DNA from: an uncultured bacterium
Lineage (GTDB): Bacteria > Patescibacteriota > Minisyncoccia > UBA6257 > 2-01-FULL-56-20
DNA length: 64,000 bases
NCBI GenBank assembly: GCA_963807165.1
Contig: CAWDZM010000001.1
Location: 198,306 to 262,305 of the forward strand
Reading direction: 5' to 3'
Shown here: piece by piece, positions 61,477 to 64,000 of the stretch
How positions within the stretch are numbered: the first letter of the stretch is position 1
Layout of the letters: each line of letters starts with the position of its first letter
Translations under genes and position numbers: made by a program
Notes under the pieces: model-generated
Seen by the model: only the letters and a program-made list of their open reading frames with translations
What the model was told of the DNA's origin: nothing
Databases searched by the model: none

Positions 61477-61943
61477 AAATACCCACCGCTATTTCGCTCC
61501 AGCGTAAGAACGCCCACTCGCTCAACAGCAGTGGGTATTTTTATTACTTCCGTGCGGGATAATATCTCCTTCACTTTTGTCACAGTAATATCAAGATCCT
61601 CGGTCTTATCGATAAAGTCATCCATGCCGATCGCTTTCGCGAGATCATTGCGCGGCACTGATGTTTGAAACCATGGATCTTTGAGATTACTAAGGAACGC
61701 GATCTTGATATCCTTGGTCTCCGGATCCTGCTTGATCTGAAGCGCCGCATCGGTGCCCGAAACGCCCGGCATGTGGATGTCCATCAAGATAAGATCGGGA
61801 TGCATCTTCTTTGCCACATCCACCGCTTCGACCGCACTCCCGGCAGCCGCCGTATCAAAGCCGGACGCATTCAACTTAATCGACATGATCTCACGAAGAT
61901 CCTGCTCATCATCAACAACAAGGATCAGCGGTTTTTCTCTCAT
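61362..61943 (-). CDS. Single-domain response regulator (CheY-like). The native end is probably ~61530 (TAATAA in the +1 frame). The ORF as given runs antisense through rpmE because of a probable 1-nt insertion.
   Basis: The first 129 aa are a complete receiver domain paralogous to 61940..62329. Deleting one A in gaag exposes a tandem stop. Confidence 0.65.
   Translation of the reverse strand: MREKPLILVVDDEQDLREIMSIKLNASGFDTAAAGSAVEAVDVAKKMHPDLILMDIHMPGVSGTDAALQIKQDPETKDIKIAFLSNLKDPWFQTSVPRNDLAKAIGMDDFIDKTEDLDITVTKVKEILSRTEVIKIPTAVERVGVLTLERNSGGYFYCFFGRIFFAFGSTFAARRDLNFSTRPAVSMSFSSPV
61512..61545. terminator. Compound hairpin region between the convergent rpmE and response-regulator genes (cccact...agtggg + tattttt)
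   Basis: Inverted repeats flanked by A/T runs on both strands. Confidence 0.4.
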
Positions 61944-62329
61944 GATAAAAATGCTTTTATCTTTCCGCTCAGCGTGTTCAAATCTTCGGTCTTTCGTAAA
62001 TACCCCTGAGCACCAAAATCTTGCGAGAGTTTATGATTCAATTTCTGTATTTCAAGTTGGGGATCACCAAGATTGCTAAGAAACACTACTTTAATATCCT
62101 TCGTCTCAGGATCTTCGCGCAACTTCAATAATGCGGTCGGACCATCCATCACCGGCATATTAACATCCATAAGGATCAGGTTGGGCTTGAGTGCCTTTGC
62201 CCTTTCAACCCCCTGCTCTCCGTTATCCGCGGTCTCCACGCGAAAACCCTCCGCCGTCAGCTTTACGCTGAAGATCTCGCGGAACGCGGGCTCGTCATCA
62301 ACAATCAGAATGAGGGATGATTGTTCCAT
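61940..62329 (-). CDS. Single-domain response regulator (CheY-like), tandem paralog
   Basis: 129-aa receiver. Shares [18 protein letters not shown] with its neighbour. Confidence 0.75.
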   Translation of the reverse strand: MEQSSLILIVDDEPAFREIFSVKLTAEGFRVETADNGEQGVERAKALKPNLILMDVNMPVMDGPTALLKLREDPETKDIKVVFLSNLGDPQLEIQKLNHKLSQDFGAQGYLRKTEDLNTLSGKIKAFLS

Positions 62330-62375
62330 ACTTTTATGATACCATAGTGATTGAAAATATAACCGATTCTACGAC

Positions 62376-63113
62376 ATGACCACCAACAAGATCATTATAG
62401 AAATACGCGCGGGCGCGGGCGGCGACGAAGCATCCATCTTCGCCGGGGATTTGGCACGCATGTATCAGCGCTATGCCGCAAAGCGCGGCTGGGTTTTTTC
62501 CATTTTGGATTCCAGCGAGAACAATCAGGGGTATAAAAGTTTGACCGCAGAAGTGCATGGCGAAGGATGCTACGAAGCGTTAAAGCATGAATCCGGCGTC
62601 CATCGCGTGCAACGCATTCCGAAGACGGAAAAGGCGGGACGCGTGCACACCTCCACGGCTTCGGTCGCCATTTTGCCGATCGTCGAGGCGCGCGAGGTGA
62701 ATATCTCACCGAACGACCTCGAAGTAACGTTCTCACGCGCCGGTGGGCCGGGAGGACAGAACGTCAATAAAGTGGAAACTGCAGTACGGATATTGCACCG
62801 GCCCACCGGCATCGTCGTCGCCTCACGCGAGGAGCGCTCACAATATGCCAACCGGGAGAAGGCGATGGATGTTCTCCGCGCCAAGCTTTACGAGCTCGAA
62901 CAGATCCGCGCCGTCGGCAATATCGCCCAGGACCGCCGCGACCAGATCGGCTCCGCCGACCGTTCCGAAAAAATCCGTACCTATAACTTTCCCGACGATC
63001 GCATCACCGATCACCGTATTGGCAAAAAGTGGCACAACATCGAAAAGATCTTGGAGGGTGAATTCGATCCAATCATAAAAGCGTTCAGTGAACTTCAGAA
63101 ACCGCAAAATTAA
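62376..63113 (+). CDS. prfA: Peptide chain release factor 1-like protein lacking the N-terminal domain 1
   Basis: PxT-type tripeptide (PKT) and GGQ motif (GPGGQNVNK). Only 245 aa, with no upstream room for domain 1. Confidence 0.65.
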   Translation: MTTNKIIIEIRAGAGGDEASIFAGDLARMYQRYAAKRGWVFSILDSSENNQGYKSLTAEVHGEGCYEALKHESGVHRVQRIPKTEKAGRVHTSTASVAILPIVEAREVNISPNDLEVTFSRAGGPGGQNVNKVETAVRILHRPTGIVVASREERSQYANREKAMDVLRAKLYELEQIRAVGNIAQDRRDQIGSADRSEKIRTYNFPDDRITDHRIGKKWHNIEKILEGEFDPIIKAFSELQKPQN

Positions 63114-63552
63114 GGATCTCTTTTCCGTCATCGGTGAAAAGAAAACGTCCTTTTATCTTTTTTCCTGCGAGCACGAATGGCACCCAATGCGAATCATCAA
63201 CCCACATTGATTCAAACGGCAGCCTCCCGACAGTAAACCATTCCGGCCGCATCTCTTCGGACTCCGAAGGCTCACCGGTCCAATCCATCGCAATAAAAAT
63301 ATGGCACATATTATCCCAATCGGGGGTGTTTTGAAAATGGAATTCGAGTGTCCCCGCTTCCTTTAAATCATCAGGCGCAAGGTCCACACCGATCTCTTCT
63401 TTTATTTCACGCACCGTGGCGATCTTTACATCCTCGCCCTCTTTTAATTTTCCGCCAAAACCATTCCACTTACCCACGCCGAAACCACGCTTTTTCATCC
63501 CAAGCAAAACCTTTCCGTCCTTTATTAAGAAGCAAAGATTTGTTTGCTTCAT
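63085..63552 (-). CDS. NUDIX hydrolase (MutT-like)
   Basis: Nudix box [23 protein letters not shown]. Confidence 0.75.
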   Translation of the reverse strand: MKQTNLCFLIKDGKVLLGMKKRGFGVGKWNGFGGKLKEGEDVKIATVREIKEEIGVDLAPDDLKEAGTLEFHFQNTPDWDNMCHIFIAMDWTGEPSESEEMRPEWFTVGRLPFESMWVDDSHWVPFVLAGKKIKGRFLFTDDGKEILNFAVSEVH

Positions 63553-63559
63553 GGTTTTG

Positions 63560-64000
63560 TTATTGTTTTAAAGTAATGCTCGTATACGACGGACTATGAG
63601 AAACTAATTCTTCCGGTTTGAACCATACCGCCACTTCCGCCTCGCCCTCTTCTTTTGAACCCGAAGCATGGATAAGGTTGAACACGCCCATCTTGTGCTC
63701 GTCGGCGTGCTTGAAAGACACATGAGCGAAGTCGCCACGGATCGTTCCCGGTGCGGCGGACTTTGGCTCCGTCGCTCCCACCATTTTGCGCACCACCTCC
63801 ACCACTTCAATACCCTCAAGCGCGAGCGCGATAATTGGACCGGATGAGATCATGTTGATCATCAGATCGCGCACCGCCTGGCCACGCCGAACGGCGAGAT
63901 CCTCCGTGTAATGCTTCTTTGCCGTCTCTTCGTTCGCCACCACCATCTTTAATCCCACGATCTTAATCCCCGCCCGCTCAAAGCGCTGGATGATCTCCCC
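63560..64000 (-). CDS. ndk: Nucleoside diphosphate kinase, 5' end truncated by the window edge
   Basis: NDK active-site region (NLIHASGS). The frame stays open upstream of the ORF-track Met through 64000 (…GEIIQRFERAGIKIVG). Confidence 0.85.
   Translation of the reverse strand, partial: GEIIQRFERAGIKIVGLKMVVANEETAKKHYTEDLAVRRGQAVRDLMINMISSGPIIALALEGIEVVEVVRKMVGATEPKSAAPGTIRGDFAHVSFKHADEHKMGVFNLIHASGSKEEGEAEVAVWFKPEELVSHSPSYTSITLKQ

Noticed and set aside
61362-61530. C-terminal 65-aa extension of the response regulator running antisense through rpmE
   Set aside because: The receiver domain is complete at 129 aa, exactly like its tandem paralog. A TAATAA tandem stop is exposed by removing one A. 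The extension is therefore an artefact.

Overview
This 64 kb window is a gene-dense chromosomal segment from a small-genome bacterium, mostly GC-rich (about 55-60% G+C by eye). I think it is probably Candidate Phyla Radiation / Patescibacteria-like: the 16S rRNA is divergent, with two mismatches in the universal 515F site, streamlined housekeeping genes, several LAGLIDADG endonucleases, and widespread leaderless gene starts.

RNA genes: one 16S rRNA on the minus strand with no tRNA or 23S downstream, and three tRNAs (Gln-CTG, Tyr-GTA, Leu-GAG).

Protein genes I can support:
- Replication, chromosome handling and DNA repair: dnaX, holB-like, scpA/scpB, recO-like.
- Translation: rpsB-tsf, frr, glyQS, rplS, rpmE, trmD, ndk (5' end cut by the window), gltX, and an N-terminally truncated RF1.
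- Cell wall and shape: dacA-like, mraY, murA, murC, murG, ftsW, mreB, an M23 peptidase and rseP.
- Export: secD/secF, a three-gene ABC exporter with a periplasmic adaptor (an ABC transporter subunit order like B. subtilis YknXYZ; permease, ATPase, periplasmic adaptor), and a second ABC-2 exporter.
- Other: two NUDIX hydrolases, cobO, a split comEC, and a VirD4/TraG-like ATPase with a membrane partner.
- Several single-domain receiver proteins and many secreted or membrane hypotheticals, including three PEP-CTERM proteins.

Things that stand out:
- Each of the three tRNAs sits 1-11 nt downstream of a paralogous double-motif LAGLIDADG homing endonuclease gene on the same strand.
- A ~2.3 kb AT-rich island sits between gltX and murG. 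It carries a NYN-domain protein and an overlapping receiver plus histidine-kinase-like ATPase pair, and the NYN cassette is flanked by 35-bp imperfect direct repeats.
- The 16S 3' end lacks the CCUCC anti-Shine-Dalgarno, and many genes have a consensus -10 hexamer 5-10 nt upstream of the start codon, which points to leaderless translation.
- A perfect 35-bp inverted repeat lies between two convergent secreted-protein genes.
- At least six reading-frame breaks (mraY, gltX three times, comEC, one response regulator) are each repaired by deleting one nucleotide. I read these as insertion-biased consensus errors rather than pseudogenes.
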